A stretch of DNA of 46,810 nt from a bacterium (GTDB lineage Bacteria > Hydrothermota > 32-111). Where the stretch lies: positions 1 to 46,810 of the forward strand of contig JBFXGO010000014.1 in NCBI GenBank assembly GCA_050239825.1. Reading direction: 5' to 3'. Each line of letters starts with the position of its first letter. The stretch's first letter is position 1. The notes under the pieces were generated by a model. It ran no database searches. It was not told the origin of the DNA and saw nothing but the letters and a program-made list of their open reading frames with translations. Position numbers and translations under genes: made by a program. This document shows, one piece after another, positions 10,034 to 20,176 of this stretch.

Positions 10034-11138
10034 TCATCTCTCCTTTTAATGTGAATCCCGCCGCCTGACGGTGGCCTCCCCAGGATAAGAAGAAATTCTT
10101 ATATCCTTCGAGAACACCGACCCAGTCATACGGTTTAACAGACCTGCATTCACCCGATAGATATCTGCCCTTTGCTCCTATAATGCAGACCGGCTTTTTC
10201 AGCTCTTCAGAGAGCCTGCCTGCAATGACTCCGATATATTTATGTTCTATCTGCCTGTCAAATATAAGGAGTCTTTTTTTTGCTCTTTTGATTTCTGTTT
10301 TTCTCTTAATCCTTCCGTAAAGGCGGTTTATGTTTTTTTTATATTCAATAGCCATCTTCCGGCAGATTTTTAGATATTTCACTTTTTCTTTATGGGCAGG
10401 ATTGCTACTCTCAGTGAATATTTCCACCATCATGTTCCTTGTGATTCTCGTTTTGGATGATGTTACTGCGGAACAAAGCTCCTCATCCTTCAACCCGGAA
10501 TCCTTGATTTCTTTGAAATGATAAGAGAGTTTCTCTGCTGACGAGACAAATAGACTGTTGAGAGAATTCATCTTGACCCTGTCGCATCGTGTGCCGAGAC
10601 CTGTCAATGAGAGATTCTTCCGGTCAAAATCCCATGATTCCTTCAAACTTGAGCACAAACCCAGTTCATTTTGAAGATAAACAGAAAATACAAAAGCGAC
10701 GCCAGCCCCCGACAGATGTTTGAATTTTTCATTCTTTAGTATGTGGGGATTTATATATGGAACACCATGAACAAGCCTGCTGTGAGGTATGTGGTGGTCG
10801 GTTATGATAACCTTCTTATTTCTTTTGATAAGTTCTTCAATCTCAGATGAATTTACTGAACCGCAGTCAACCGTGATTAAAGTGTCAAATGATTTTCTTT
10901 GTATCTTCTTCAATCCCTTTAATGTAATGCCTATCCCGTCCCTCTTTCTTGAAGGAATGAAATAATCGGTTTTTTTACCTGCGCTCCTGAGGGATCTCAC
11001 AAGGATGGCAGTAGATGTTATTCCGTCTGCGTCTTCGTCTCCCCAAACAAGGATTCTTCGCGACATCTTCACAATTTTCAATGCATCAGAAAAATATTTA
11101 TATGAAAAATCCTTTTTATTCAGCAGATAGTTATCCAT
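9993..11138 (-). CDS. recJ: RecJ-like DHH/DHHA1 phosphoesterase (short form)
   Basis: GDEDADG, ITVDCG, TDHH, LSGAGVAF, GGHRQAAG; only 381 aa. Confidence 0.75.
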   Translation of the reverse strand: MDNYLLNKKDFSYKYFSDALKIVKMSRRILVWGDEDADGITSTAILVRSLRSAGKKTDYFIPSRKRDGIGITLKGLKKIQRKSFDTLITVDCGSVNSSEIEELIKRNKKVIITDHHIPHSRLVHGVPYINPHILKNEKFKHLSGAGVAFVFSVYLQNELGLCSSLKESWDFDRKNLSLTGLGTRCDRVKMNSLNSLFVSSAEKLSYHFKEIKDSGLKDEELCSAVTSSKTRITRNMMVEIFTESSNPAHKEKVKYLKICRKMAIEYKKNINRLYGRIKRKTEIKRAKKRLLIFDRQIEHKYIGVIAGRLSEELKKPVCIIGAKGRYLSGECRSVKPYDWVGVLEGYKNFFLSWGGHRQAAGFTLKGEMIEHFIDVFNTDSD

Positions 11139-11824
11139 ATATCCTCAAACTGGCTCTCCTGTCTCACCTTGATTATGTCTTTCTGAGCCATATCAAGTAT
11201 GGCGACAAATGACAATATGACTTCAAACATTGTCTCCTGCAACAGAAGATAATCAAGAAAGTTGATACTCTTTCTCTCTTCAAGATATTCAATCAGTTCT
11301 CTGACTTTTTCCGTGATTGTCTTCTTCACTTTCGGCATTCTGTATGATGTGAGAGAGAGCCCTCTTTTTAAGAGAGGCATAAATGCGCTCATTAGGTCGC
11401 TCAGCGAGAGGTCTTCTTCCGTCTCCATGTTTCCAGATGATACAAACGAAATATTTCTTGAAAAGAGTTTTCCTGCTTCATACTCAATGCTTCTGAACAG
11501 GTCGGATGCCTTTTTAAATTTTTGATACTCAAGGAGTTTATCTACGAGAGGCCTTCTCGGATCCTCTATATCTTCGCTGTCAGCCTGCACCGGTAGCATC
11601 ATGTCGGACTTTATTTTCACAAGAGTCGCCGCCATTACTATATAATCGGATGCTATGTCTATTTTCAAATCCTTCATTCTGTCAATTGCTTCAAGATATT
11701 CGGCTGTTATCTGGGTTATCGGAATATCATAAATATCTATCTCATTTTTTCTTATAAGATACAGGAGGAGGTCTATCGGACCTTCAAACTCCTGCAAGTG
11801 AACTTCTATGCTTTCGCTGAACAT
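11120..11824 (-). CDS. scpA: Segregation and condensation protein A
   Basis: FEGPIDLLLYLIRKNEIDIYDIPI, EDPRRPLV. Confidence 0.93.
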   Translation of the reverse strand: MFSESIEVHLQEFEGPIDLLLYLIRKNEIDIYDIPITQITAEYLEAIDRMKDLKIDIASDYIVMAATLVKIKSDMMLPVQADSEDIEDPRRPLVDKLLEYQKFKKASDLFRSIEYEAGKLFSRNISFVSSGNMETEEDLSLSDLMSAFMPLLKRGLSLTSYRMPKVKKTITEKVRELIEYLEERKSINFLDYLLLQETMFEVILSFVAILDMAQKDIIKVRQESQFEDIWITIC

Positions 11825-13114
11825 TTAAAAGCTAAACCCTATGCCCAGTGTCTGCGTTATCCCAAGCTGACCCCACATCTTGGCAGAGTAATTCACTGAA
11901 ATTGAATTGTATGACATTCTGAATCCTGCGGTAAATCCTGCTAACAGGTCTGAACCATAGCCCATCATAAGTTCTTCCCTGTCTGATGAGAAGCCCCACT
12001 TGAATGAAAAGGCGAACGGGTCCATTAGGCTCTTCTTTCTTACTGCAATAGAAAGAGGCTCCTCCTCCTTTATGGTTTCGGCAGAATTCTTCTTTTTATC
12101 AAGAGACTCATCCAAAGGAATCTTTGTTGAGTCATCTGCCGCCTCTGCATCAAGGTAGTCCGCATAGCTCTGATATGCTTCATTTGTATCTGAAATTATT
12201 TCAGAATTCAAAACAAGAGATGTGTCGGCTGGAATTGAGTCCGACGGATTTAAAGATGCCAAAGCCGCTGTGTCGGTTTCGATATTCTCCGCTGAATATA
12301 CTGTTGTGTCGGGTGCCGAATCGGCAGGAAGAACCGAAACTTCAGAGTCTGGCGGAATTGTATTCACAATCGAAACATTCTCTACATCAGGTTTGCGGTG
12401 CCTTATGAGAAAAAATTCCATCCCTGCCGCATAGAAGTACTTTTTGTCAAGAATCTTGCCTGCATCTATATATACGGCAAAAGGCATATCATCTTTTGCT
12501 ATTGCGACACCGGCGACAAATTTTGCCGGAGTCATTGAAGTTTCTTCAAAATCATACACAGCTCCCAAATTCAAAATGCTGATGCCTGCGCTTAAAAAAT
12601 CCGAATAGATATTTCTGTAAATAATTCCCAAATCAACTGAACCCGCCACATCTTTGTAGTCGGTTATGTTCTGCATGCCTGCGCTTATACCCGCTCCGAC
12701 AATGATTTTTTCAGAGAGAAGAAATGATTTTGAATAATTCGCTATTATGACATTTGCTGAGTATTCACCCAAATCTGTGTTTAAAGAGTCTCTTCTTTCC
12801 ATAAAACCAGAGTTGAAATACTTGAGATAAACCTGAGACTTATCAAATGCATATGTCAGCAAACCGAAGTGTGAACCTGCTATATAATTCATATAATTCA
12901 CAGAAACTTTGTCTGAATTGCAATAGAAAAGAGACGCAGGGTTTATCAAGTCTCCGCTCCCTGAAATAGCCGCGGCTCCTGCAGTGGAGAATGCCTGTGA
13001 AGAGGGAGAAATTGGGATATTGAGGTAATTAAATCCCATCTCTCCGGAATAGTATTGGGCAAAAACAGAAAGAAAGCCCAAAATGAGCGATGAAATCAAA
13101 AATATTTTTTTCAC
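11825..13114 (-). CDS. PorV/PorQ-like outer-membrane beta-barrel protein with an acidic low-complexity insertion
   Basis: Signal peptide, FNYLNIPISP, NPAS, SILNLG, C-terminal aromatic GFSF; insertion at about aa 240-365. Confidence 0.6.
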   Translation of the reverse strand: MKKIFLISSLILGFLSVFAQYYSGEMGFNYLNIPISPSSQAFSTAGAAAISGSGDLINPASLFYCNSDKVSVNYMNYIAGSHFGLLTYAFDKSQVYLKYFNSGFMERRDSLNTDLGEYSANVIIANYSKSFLLSEKIIVGAGISAGMQNITDYKDVAGSVDLGIIYRNIYSDFLSAGISILNLGAVYDFEETSMTPAKFVAGVAIAKDDMPFAVYIDAGKILDKKYFYAAGMEFFLIRHRKPDVENVSIVNTIPPDSEVSVLPADSAPDTTVYSAENIETDTAALASLNPSDSIPADTSLVLNSEIISDTNEAYQSYADYLDAEAADDSTKIPLDESLDKKKNSAETIKEEEPLSIAVRKKSLMDPFAFSFKWGFSSDREELMMGYGSDLLAGFTAGFRMSYNSISVNYSAKMWGQLGITQTLGIGFSF

Positions 13115-14112
13115 TTTTTACCTCCGTTTATGTAAGATACAGCATCTTTCACGAATGAAGCCGTGCCTATATAAAGCGGTTCCCTCTGGTGCAGCTCTGA
13201 CGGCTTTATGTCAAGAATGTCCTGTAATCCGTTTGATGCCTCGCCTCCGGCATTCTTTACAACCATTGCCAGAGGATTCGCCTCATACATGAGCCTTAAT
13301 TTTCCTTTTGGTTTGGTAGGATTTTTAAAATCAAGAGGATACATAAATATACCACCATATATAAGATTTCTGTGAAAATCCGAAACAAGAGAACCGATGT
13401 ACCTGAGAGAAAACGGCTTATCCTGATTCTTCAGCAAATCCACATACTCCCTCGTTCTATTCTCCCAGAATTTGCAGTTGCCCTCATTTATAGAGTAATA
13501 CCTTTTAGACGGTTCCGGAATTTTCATGTTTTCATGGGAGAGAAGAAACTCGCCCAAAGAAGAATCAAGTGTGAATCCATGCACACCCTCTCCTGTTGTA
13601 AAGACCAGCATTGTTGAAGACCCGTATAATATGTATCCTGCGGCGACCTGTTCAGAGCCCTTTCTGAGGAAATCAAGCTCCGAGCATTCTCCTTCCTTTA
13701 AAAGCTTGTAAATTGAAAATATCGTGCCGATGCTCACATTGACATCAATGTTTGAAGAACCGTCAAGAGGGTCAAACAGCACGCAGTATCTTGCTGTTGC
13801 ATGATTTTGAAAATAGTTTGGTTCTGCCATCTCCTCAGATGCCACTCCTCCGACCGATTCATTCTTTGAAAGAATATTCAAGAAGGCGCTGTTGGCGAAA
13901 TCGTCGAGCTTCTGCACCTGCTCCCCCTGAACATTCTCCTGTCCTGTCAGTCCGAGTATTTCAACGAGACCGGCTTTGTTTACCTCCCTCGATATTATCT
14001 TTCCCGCGAGTATTATGTCAGATAAAAGAAGCGTGAAATCTCCTTTTGCATAAGGAAATTTTTTTTGCTGATTTAATATGTAATGCTGAAGTTGAATATT
14101 ATTATCATTCAT
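13111..14112 (-). CDS. fbp: Class 1 fructose-1,6-bisphosphatase
   Basis: GEQVQKLD, FDPLDGSSNIDVN, RYIGSLVSDFHR, GKLRLMYE. Confidence 0.96.
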   Translation of the reverse strand: MNDNNIQLQHYILNQQKKFPYAKGDFTLLLSDIILAGKIISREVNKAGLVEILGLTGQENVQGEQVQKLDDFANSAFLNILSKNESVGGVASEEMAEPNYFQNHATARYCVLFDPLDGSSNIDVNVSIGTIFSIYKLLKEGECSELDFLRKGSEQVAAGYILYGSSTMLVFTTGEGVHGFTLDSSLGEFLLSHENMKIPEPSKRYYSINEGNCKFWENRTREYVDLLKNQDKPFSLRYIGSLVSDFHRNLIYGGIFMYPLDFKNPTKPKGKLRLMYEANPLAMVVKNAGGEASNGLQDILDIKPSELHQREPLYIGTASFVKDAVSYINGGKK

Positions 14113-14121
14113 TATTTCTCC

Positions 14122-14841
14122 TTATAAACCTTTTATGTACCTGTTTATCTCAGCCGGCGAGTTAGTGGAGAATGAAGGTGCTATCTTGTCAGCATCTTTG
14201 AAAAGGTATGTCTCTCTGTGAAAGTGCACAGAGCGCATTCCGATTTCATTAGCCCCCTTTATGTCCGTGACAGGTATATCTCCTATATGTACGGCTTCAT
14301 ATGGCTTTGCTCCGAGACTCATCAACACATACTCAAAAATCTTCCTGTGGGGTTTGGATACCCCCACTTCATCGGAAAACGCATATATTGAAAATGCATC
14401 GTTTAGTCCCACCTGCCTTATCACCTCGCGGAGATAGCGCCCCGGCGTAAATCCCGAGTCCGAGATTATTGCCAGCATGTAATCTTCTTTTAGGGATAAA
14501 ATAAGCTCTTTCATTCCGTCTATGATTCTGTTTTCCGTTATCATCAAATTTTTCTGCATTATTTCAAGAACCTCTTTTTTCAGCTTGTCCGATGGCTCTA
14601 TGTTCAATTCGCTGAAAACAACATCCGCCGAAGCAGATGTTTGAAGCGTATAGTATTTTTCAAGCCATTCAACATTGAAATATTCCCATGCTTTTTTGAC
14701 TGCTAACTTGATTTCGTCCAGAGAAAAATTGTAACCCTCCTTTGACAGAGACTGTCTCATCATTTCACTTTTGTGATTTTCCGATGCATCGCTACCTGTC
14801 AATATTGTATTCCAAAGGTCAAATGAAACGACTTTTATCAT
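14122..14841 (-). CDS. HAD-superfamily hydrolase
   Basis: SFDLWNT, SKPHRKIF, HIGDIPVTDIKGA; likely start MIKVV at 14841. Confidence 0.85.
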   Translation of the reverse strand: MIKVVSFDLWNTILTGSDASENHKSEMMRQSLSKEGYNFSLDEIKLAVKKAWEYFNVEWLEKYYTLQTSASADVVFSELNIEPSDKLKKEVLEIMQKNLMITENRIIDGMKELILSLKEDYMLAIISDSGFTPGRYLREVIRQVGLNDAFSIYAFSDEVGVSKPHRKIFEYVLMSLGAKPYEAVHIGDIPVTDIKGANEIGMRSVHFHRETYLFKDADKIAPSFSTNSPAEINRYIKGL

Positions 14842-15337
14842 CTGACCCTCTGAATGTGTCCTTGCTTTTTGCGTAATCAATCATGTGATAGACTGCATCA
14901 TATATGTTTGCTTCAATTGTTTTTAATCGTTCGGATTTCTCCAGATTCTGATTTTTGATGGCGTTGAGAAGCTTAAGTTCATTCTCTTCAATCACACGGA
15001 TATTGGACTTGGCGAGATAAAAATAGACTCCTCCGTCAAGCTCGTTTACCAATTTAAATGCTATGAGAGCATGGTAGAATGATTTATTCATGAGAAAGTA
15101 AAACGCGACAAAGTAAGAAATCTCGGCATCACTTCTTGCGACTGAACCGAACATGCGCAACAGATTGAGGTAACGAGAGCTTTCTTTGTTATTGTACAGA
15201 TACTTCATCATTTCAACAATTGTGTCATAGTCAATCCAATTGTTCTTAACAATGAAAAGATAAATGGTATCCAGCTCCTCTCTGTTTTGATTGAGAATGT
15301 GCTTTTTCAAGTTTAAGTATAAATCTATTTTTTCCAT
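14819..15337 (-). CDS. Hypothetical helical (TPR-like) protein
   Basis: 172-aa ORF filling the gap, with its own promoter. Confidence 0.6.
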   Translation of the reverse strand: MEKIDLYLNLKKHILNQNREELDTIYLFIVKNNWIDYDTIVEMMKYLYNNKESSRYLNLLRMFGSVARSDAEISYFVAFYFLMNKSFYHALIAFKLVNELDGGVYFYLAKSNIRVIEENELKLLNAIKNQNLEKSERLKTIEANIYDAVYHMIDYAKSKDTFRGSDDKSRFI

Positions 15338-15343
15338 AATATA

Positions 15344-15371
15344 AATATAAAATATAATAAATAAAAGTCAA
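15344..15371 (-). promoter_or_regulatory. Sigma-70-type promoter, probably leaderless
   Basis: TTGACT-16-TATATT, then 6 nt to ATG 15337. Confidence 0.6.
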
Positions 15372-15377
15372 TACTCA

Positions 15378-16136
15378 TCAAAGCGCACGATCCCTCTTTA
15401 TCTTAGAATATGCCTCATTGATTGCCTTGAATCTTTCCTCGGATTTCCTTCGGATATTCTCCGGCATGTGCCTTAATTTATCCGGATGTGTCTCTTTTAC
15501 AAGGTCTTTGTACCTTTTCTTGACAACCTCATTTGAGTCATCCATCCTCAAGCCAAGGACAGAATAAGCATCTTCAATAGATGAAGCTCCCAAATCGGAG
15601 CCATAGTTCTGATAGTATCCGAGAAGGGAGTTTATCTCGTAATCGGAAATATCAAGTTTCAAACCGATTTCTCTCAATCTGTTTTTTACTCTTTCTGATT
15701 TTGCCGAACGAAAAGAGAGAGAGACGAGAATTGAAAACAGAGAGACCCTTTCATTGTAATTCAGCATCTCTTTCAGAGAGCGGGCCGCAACATCAATATT
15801 TATGCCTGACGGATTTTCATTGTAAAATCTATATCTTTCCATCAGATACTGCACTATCTCATTTCTTCCGGGGAAAGAATTCATGAGAAATTCCCTCACA
15901 AATTCAACTTCCCCTTTTGAAATCGAACCGTCTATAAGCGAGACATCGGAAAAAAGCATGATGATATTTTCAAGATTTTCTTTCAGTCTTTCCTCATTTA
16001 CCCCCCTGGAAAATGATGTCTGAACTTTCATGTTTGAATTCAATAATATAGTTATAAATAAAGCAACAATCAGACCGAGGGGTCCACCAATTGAAAAACC
16101 GACAGCTAAAATTAATATTGAACCCAAACAACCCAT
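15378..16136 (-). CDS. djlA: DjlA-like co-chaperone (TM + TerB-like + J domain)
   Basis: N-terminal GGPLG membrane segment, DGSISKGE, AYSVLG, HPDK, INEAY. Confidence 0.85.
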   Translation of the reverse strand: MGCLGSILILAVGFSIGGPLGLIVALFITILLNSNMKVQTSFSRGVNEERLKENLENIIMLFSDVSLIDGSISKGEVEFVREFLMNSFPGRNEIVQYLMERYRFYNENPSGINIDVAARSLKEMLNYNERVSLFSILVSLSFRSAKSERVKNRLREIGLKLDISDYEINSLLGYYQNYGSDLGASSIEDAYSVLGLRMDDSNEVVKKRYKDLVKETHPDKLRHMPENIRRKSEERFKAINEAYSKIKRDRAL

Positions 16137-16166
16137 ATTTAATCTTTCCTCTCTTTTTTCTTATTT

Positions 16167-17219
16167 CTATACATTGAATTTGAACTCCACAATGTCCCCG
16201 TCTCTCATTGTGTACTCTTTTCCTTCAAGCCTTAAAACTCCGTGTTTTACGCACTCTTTAAAATTCCCGTGTTTTTTAAAATCCTCAAATGAAGTTATCT
16301 GCGCTTTAATGAAGCCCCTCTCAATATCGGAATGGATTTTTCCTGCCGCCTTCAGCGCCGATGTGCCCAGCCTGATTGTCCATCCCTTCACCTCATCTTC
16401 TCCAACCGTGAAGAATGTTATCAGGTTAAGCATGGAGTACAAATGCCGTATCACCTTTTGTATGCCGAATTCTTCTATGTGCATCTCCTTTGCAAACTCA
16501 TTTTTGGATTCAGAGTCCAGAGAGTTCAGTTCCTTTTCATTCACAGCCGATATCAGTGCAAAGATTCTGCCTGATTGCTCAAGCTTCAATCTGAAATCTT
16601 CAGAAATCTTCCGTGACGGATCATCTATATTTACGACTACTATCTCTTTCTTGGAGGAAATAAGACCATAGTTTCTGGCTATCTTCTCCTCCTCCTTGTC
16701 GAGGTTTGCAGAGTAAATCATTTTGCCTGATGAAAGGAGGTTGTTGAAATTTGTCAGTGCCGCCAACTCCGTCTTCTCTTCCGCAGAGAGCTTATACTTG
16801 GCAGTCTTCAGTTTTTCAAGTCTTTTTTCGACGACTCCAAGGTCATTCAGTATTATCTCATCATCAAGCTCTGTAAGCTCCTTCATCGGGTCAACAACTG
16901 AAAGCGCCGGAGGATAAACATCATTTGCGAAATCCCTCACGACTTTCAATATTCCGTCGCTCTCCTTCAGTTTTGCGGTATAATCTGCGGAAAAACCCTT
17001 TTGCCCCTCTTCCCTTATGTAATCTATAAATTCTATCTCCGGATATATAATCTTTTTGGGTTTGAAGGATTCAGAGAGAGAGTCAATTCTTGAATCCGGA
17101 ACTCTGACTATTCCGAAATTGAATTTGTCTTTATGACTTGGTTGAACATCCCTCTGAGTGAGAGCTTCAAACATTGTCGTCTTTCCGCTTTTTGCCAAAC
17201 CTAAAATGCACACTTTCAT
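16167..17219 (-). CDS. ychF: YchF/OLA1-family ATPase
   Basis: VRVPDSR, ITFFTVGEDEVKGWT, AAGKIHSDIERGFIKA, EGKEYTMRDGDIVEFKFNV. Confidence 0.92.
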   Translation of the reverse strand: MKVCILGLAKSGKTTMFEALTQRDVQPSHKDKFNFGIVRVPDSRIDSLSESFKPKKIIYPEIEFIDYIREEGQKGFSADYTAKLKESDGILKVVRDFANDVYPPALSVVDPMKELTELDDEIILNDLGVVEKRLEKLKTAKYKLSAEEKTELAALTNFNNLLSSGKMIYSANLDKEEEKIARNYGLISSKKEIVVVNIDDPSRKISEDFRLKLEQSGRIFALISAVNEKELNSLDSESKNEFAKEMHIEEFGIQKVIRHLYSMLNLITFFTVGEDEVKGWTIRLGTSALKAAGKIHSDIERGFIKAQITSFEDFKKHGNFKECVKHGVLRLEGKEYTMRDGDIVEFKFNV

Positions 17220-17233
17220 TTTTTACTCCATAT

Positions 17234-17260
17234 AAAAAGAGCCGCTAAAAGCGGCTCTTT
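17234..17260 (-). terminator. Intrinsic terminator
   Basis: AAAGAGCCGC-TTTTA-GCGGCTCTTT followed by T tract after the oxidoreductase beta gene. Confidence 0.8.
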
Positions 17261-17265
17261 AATTG

Positions 17266-18153
17266 TTACGCTTCAGCGAGTTTCTTCAGTTTTTCCCATC
17301 TTTTATCAACGAATTCCTGAATGTCTTTAACATCCTCCTCTTTTAGGTGTCTGAATCTTCCCTGTTTGCTTATGTATTCGGTCACTGGAACACTCTTCTC
17401 CTTCTTGGGGTTCGGCATGTTTATCGTATATTTTTCGCCGTTCTCGATTTCAAAGAGAGGAAACATTTTGCTCTCTACCGCCATTCTTCCGAGTTTTATG
17501 GTCTCCTGCGGATTTGTCTTCCAGCCGGGAGGACAGGGTGCGAAAATGTGAAAGAACTTGAAACCTCTTATCTGTTTTGCCTTCTCCAACTTCTTTGTAA
17601 GGTCTTCCGGGTACGATACACATGCAGTCGCTATGTACGGAATCGCATGTGCGGCCATGATGGCAACCAAGTCCTTCTTTCTCTCTTTTTTCGGGAATTG
17701 CGTGGGAGTCGTTGTAGTCCATGCTCCCTTCGGAGTTGCTGAAGAGCGCTGAACACCTGTGTTCATGTACGCTTCATTGTCATAGACAAAATAGAACATA
17801 TCTTCGTTTCTCTCTGCGGCGCCTGAAAGCGACTGTATTCCTATATCGAATGTGCCTCCGTCTCCTGCCCATGCAACAGCATTTGTATTCGGGTCCTGAG
17901 CCTTCTTGACGCCTGCCTTTATTCCTGATGCGGTTACTGCGGCAGTCTCAAAAGCCGTGTGGAAAAGCGGCACTTTTACTGAAGAGTAGGGAAACGGACC
18001 GTCTATAACCGACCAACAGCAGGCCGGGAATGTCAGGATTGTGTTCTCTCCCAATGTTTTCAGCACAGTTCTGAGCGCAAGCGCTCCGCCGCATCCCTGA
18101 CATGCAAGATGTCCGGGATTAATCATCTCTTTCTGCGGTATTGTATATATCAT
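17266..18153 (-). CDS. 2-oxoacid:ferredoxin oxidoreductase beta subunit (Por/Vor type)
   Basis: GHLACQGCG, TPP-binding GDGGTFDIG, DNEAYMNTGVQRS, APCPPGW. Confidence 0.93.
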   Translation of the reverse strand: MIYTIPQKEMINPGHLACQGCGGALALRTVLKTLGENTILTFPACCWSVIDGPFPYSSVKVPLFHTAFETAAVTASGIKAGVKKAQDPNTNAVAWAGDGGTFDIGIQSLSGAAERNEDMFYFVYDNEAYMNTGVQRSSATPKGAWTTTTPTQFPKKERKKDLVAIMAAHAIPYIATACVSYPEDLTKKLEKAKQIRGFKFFHIFAPCPPGWKTNPQETIKLGRMAVESKMFPLFEIENGEKYTINMPNPKKEKSVPVTEYISKQGRFRHLKEEDVKDIQEFVDKRWEKLKKLAEA

Positions 18154-19310
18154 ATTTTAGCCTCCATCCAAATGATGTCCTGCGGTTCATTCTTTTTGGC
18201 ATAATCAAACAGCTTGGAAATTGAATCCACAGTTATGTCTCTTCCTCCGAGGCCCATGATGAATCCATAGACCGGAGGTTTGTTCTTCTCATTGTACAAA
18301 GCCGACTTTATTTCCTGATAGATAATTCCGCCAATCCCGGGCGACAGATTCCTGTCGAGCACAAGGATTTGTTTTGCATTCTTGAGAGCTTTGCGCACAT
18401 CCTCAAACGGGAAAGGCCTGAAGAATCTTATTCTCAAAAGACCCGCCTTCACTCCCTTGCTTCTTAAATTGTCTATCGTCTCTTTCGCCGTTGATGCGGC
18501 GGTAGCCATGCCGACAAGTATTACATCCGCATCTTCGCACTTGTATTCCTCAACCATATTGTATTCTCTGTTAAACATTGATTTGAATTCAGCCTGCGCA
18601 TCCCTTATAACAGAGTAAGAATCATCCATAGCTTTCTGAATGTTGTACCGAAGCTCCATGTACCAGTCAGGTGTGGTAAGACCGCCGAATGTGTGCGGGT
18701 CCTTCGGATCGAGTTTGTACTTTGGATTGTATTTCGGAAGGTATGCGTCTGCCTTGTCTTGGTCAATCATGGTGACATTTTCAGATGTGTGCGAAAGGAA
18801 AAATGCATCAAGAATAATCATCACCGGAAGAGATACTTTCTGATTTTCAGCTATCTTGTAAGCTATCAGGGTTGAATCATAAACCTCTTGGTTTGATGAT
18901 GCATACATCTGAAGCCATCCCGTATCTCTCTGAGAGAGTGAATCGGTCTGTTCGGTCCAGATTGTCCATGGCGGAGCCATAGAACGGTTGATGTTTCCCA
19001 TAACAACCGGAAGTCTTCCTCCCACAGCCCAATGCAGCATTTCATGCATCAAAGCAAGCCCCTGTGCGCTTGTCGCCGTGAAAGTGCGGGCGCCCACCGC
19101 AGATGCTCCTATACAGGCGGCCATAGCAGAGTGTTCCGATTCCACTTTTATAAATTCAGCATCCAGAGTTCCATCAGCGCACATCTCCGAGAGAAGCTCG
19201 ACCACCTGAGTCTGAGGTGTGATTGGGTATGCCGAAATAACCTGCACTCTTGATGTGACTGCGCCCCATGAAAGTGCATGGTTTCCCATGAGAACTTTTT
19301 GTGTGCTCAT
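18150..19310 (-). CDS. 2-oxoacid:ferredoxin oxidoreductase alpha subunit
   Basis: AYPITPQT, VESEHSAM, ATSAQGLALMHE, GLGGRD; start MSTQK at 19310 (ATGA overlap). Confidence 0.93.
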   Translation of the reverse strand: MSTQKVLMGNHALSWGAVTSRVQVISAYPITPQTQVVELLSEMCADGTLDAEFIKVESEHSAMAACIGASAVGARTFTATSAQGLALMHEMLHWAVGGRLPVVMGNINRSMAPPWTIWTEQTDSLSQRDTGWLQMYASSNQEVYDSTLIAYKIAENQKVSLPVMIILDAFFLSHTSENVTMIDQDKADAYLPKYNPKYKLDPKDPHTFGGLTTPDWYMELRYNIQKAMDDSYSVIRDAQAEFKSMFNREYNMVEEYKCEDADVILVGMATAASTAKETIDNLRSKGVKAGLLRIRFFRPFPFEDVRKALKNAKQILVLDRNLSPGIGGIIYQEIKSALYNEKNKPPVYGFIMGLGGRDITVDSISKLFDYAKKNEPQDIIWMEAKI

Positions 19311-19603
19311 TTCTCCTCCTCTTTCATAGTGATTGCCTTGACCGGGCATTCTACGGCGCATATTCCGCATCCTTTGCAGAACATATAGTCTATTGAGGCT
19401 TTTTTATTAGCGTCTTCCTTTATTGACATGTCCGGACAGAATTTCCAGCATATTCCGCATCCGGTGCACTTTGCACTGTCAACTATGGGACGCTCATTTC
19501 TCCAAGACCCTGTCTCATTGTACTCTGTCGAGCCAAGGGACATTGCCATCGGCGGAAGGTCGGAAGCCTTCTCAAATATTATTTTTTTGCCATCCCTTTT
19601 CAT
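19307..19603 (-). CDS. 2-oxoacid:ferredoxin oxidoreductase delta subunit, 2x[4Fe-4S]
   Basis: TGSWR, CTGCGICWKFCP, CKGCGICAVECP. Confidence 0.93.
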   Translation of the reverse strand: MKRDGKKIIFEKASDLPPMAMSLGSTEYNETGSWRNERPIVDSAKCTGCGICWKFCPDMSIKEDANKKASIDYMFCKGCGICAVECPVKAITMKEEEK

Positions 19604-19614
19604 TTTTTCTCCTT

Positions 19615-20166
19615 TTACAGTAATGTCGAATTGAATGCTTCTACAGCGGCCTGAGCATTCTCATCAGGTTTTATTGGAACTTCTTTCTTTATCGCGGCTA
19701 CTATGGATTCAATCTTGACAAACCCAGTTGCTTTTGCAAATGCGCCAAGAATGGCGGTATTTACAATCGGAGCTGCAGATGAACCAAGGCGATGCTTTAT
19801 CGCTATCCCTGAAGCATCCACTGTTGCTATCTTTGAACCGAACTTGTTTAGCTTCACTTCACTGGGATTTCTCTTTGTGTTAATGATTATGAATCCACCC
19901 TCTTTTAACCCTTCTGTAATATCTATGGCTGTTAAAAGGGTCGGTTCAAGAACGATTAAATGCTGCGGCTCATAAATTTTTGAGCGCACATTAATCGCGC
20001 TGTCGCTTACTCTGATAAAGGCTGTTACAGGCGCGCCCCTTCTTTCCACTCCGAATTCAGGGAATGCCTGCACGGATTTGCCTTCCATTGCAAATGCGTA
20101 TGCAAGGATCTTTGAAGCAATCACTCCTCCCTGCCCGCCTCTGCCGTGAACTCTTATTTCAAGCAT
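19615..20166 (-). CDS. 2-oxoacid:ferredoxin oxidoreductase gamma subunit
   Basis: EIRVHGRGGQG, FGVERRGAPV, NTAILGA. Confidence 0.93.
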   Translation of the reverse strand: MLEIRVHGRGGQGGVIASKILAYAFAMEGKSVQAFPEFGVERRGAPVTAFIRVSDSAINVRSKIYEPQHLIVLEPTLLTAIDITEGLKEGGFIIINTKRNPSEVKLNKFGSKIATVDASGIAIKHRLGSSAAPIVNTAILGAFAKATGFVKIESIVAAIKKEVPIKPDENAQAAVEAFNSTLL

Positions 20167-20176
20167 CAGACCTCCT

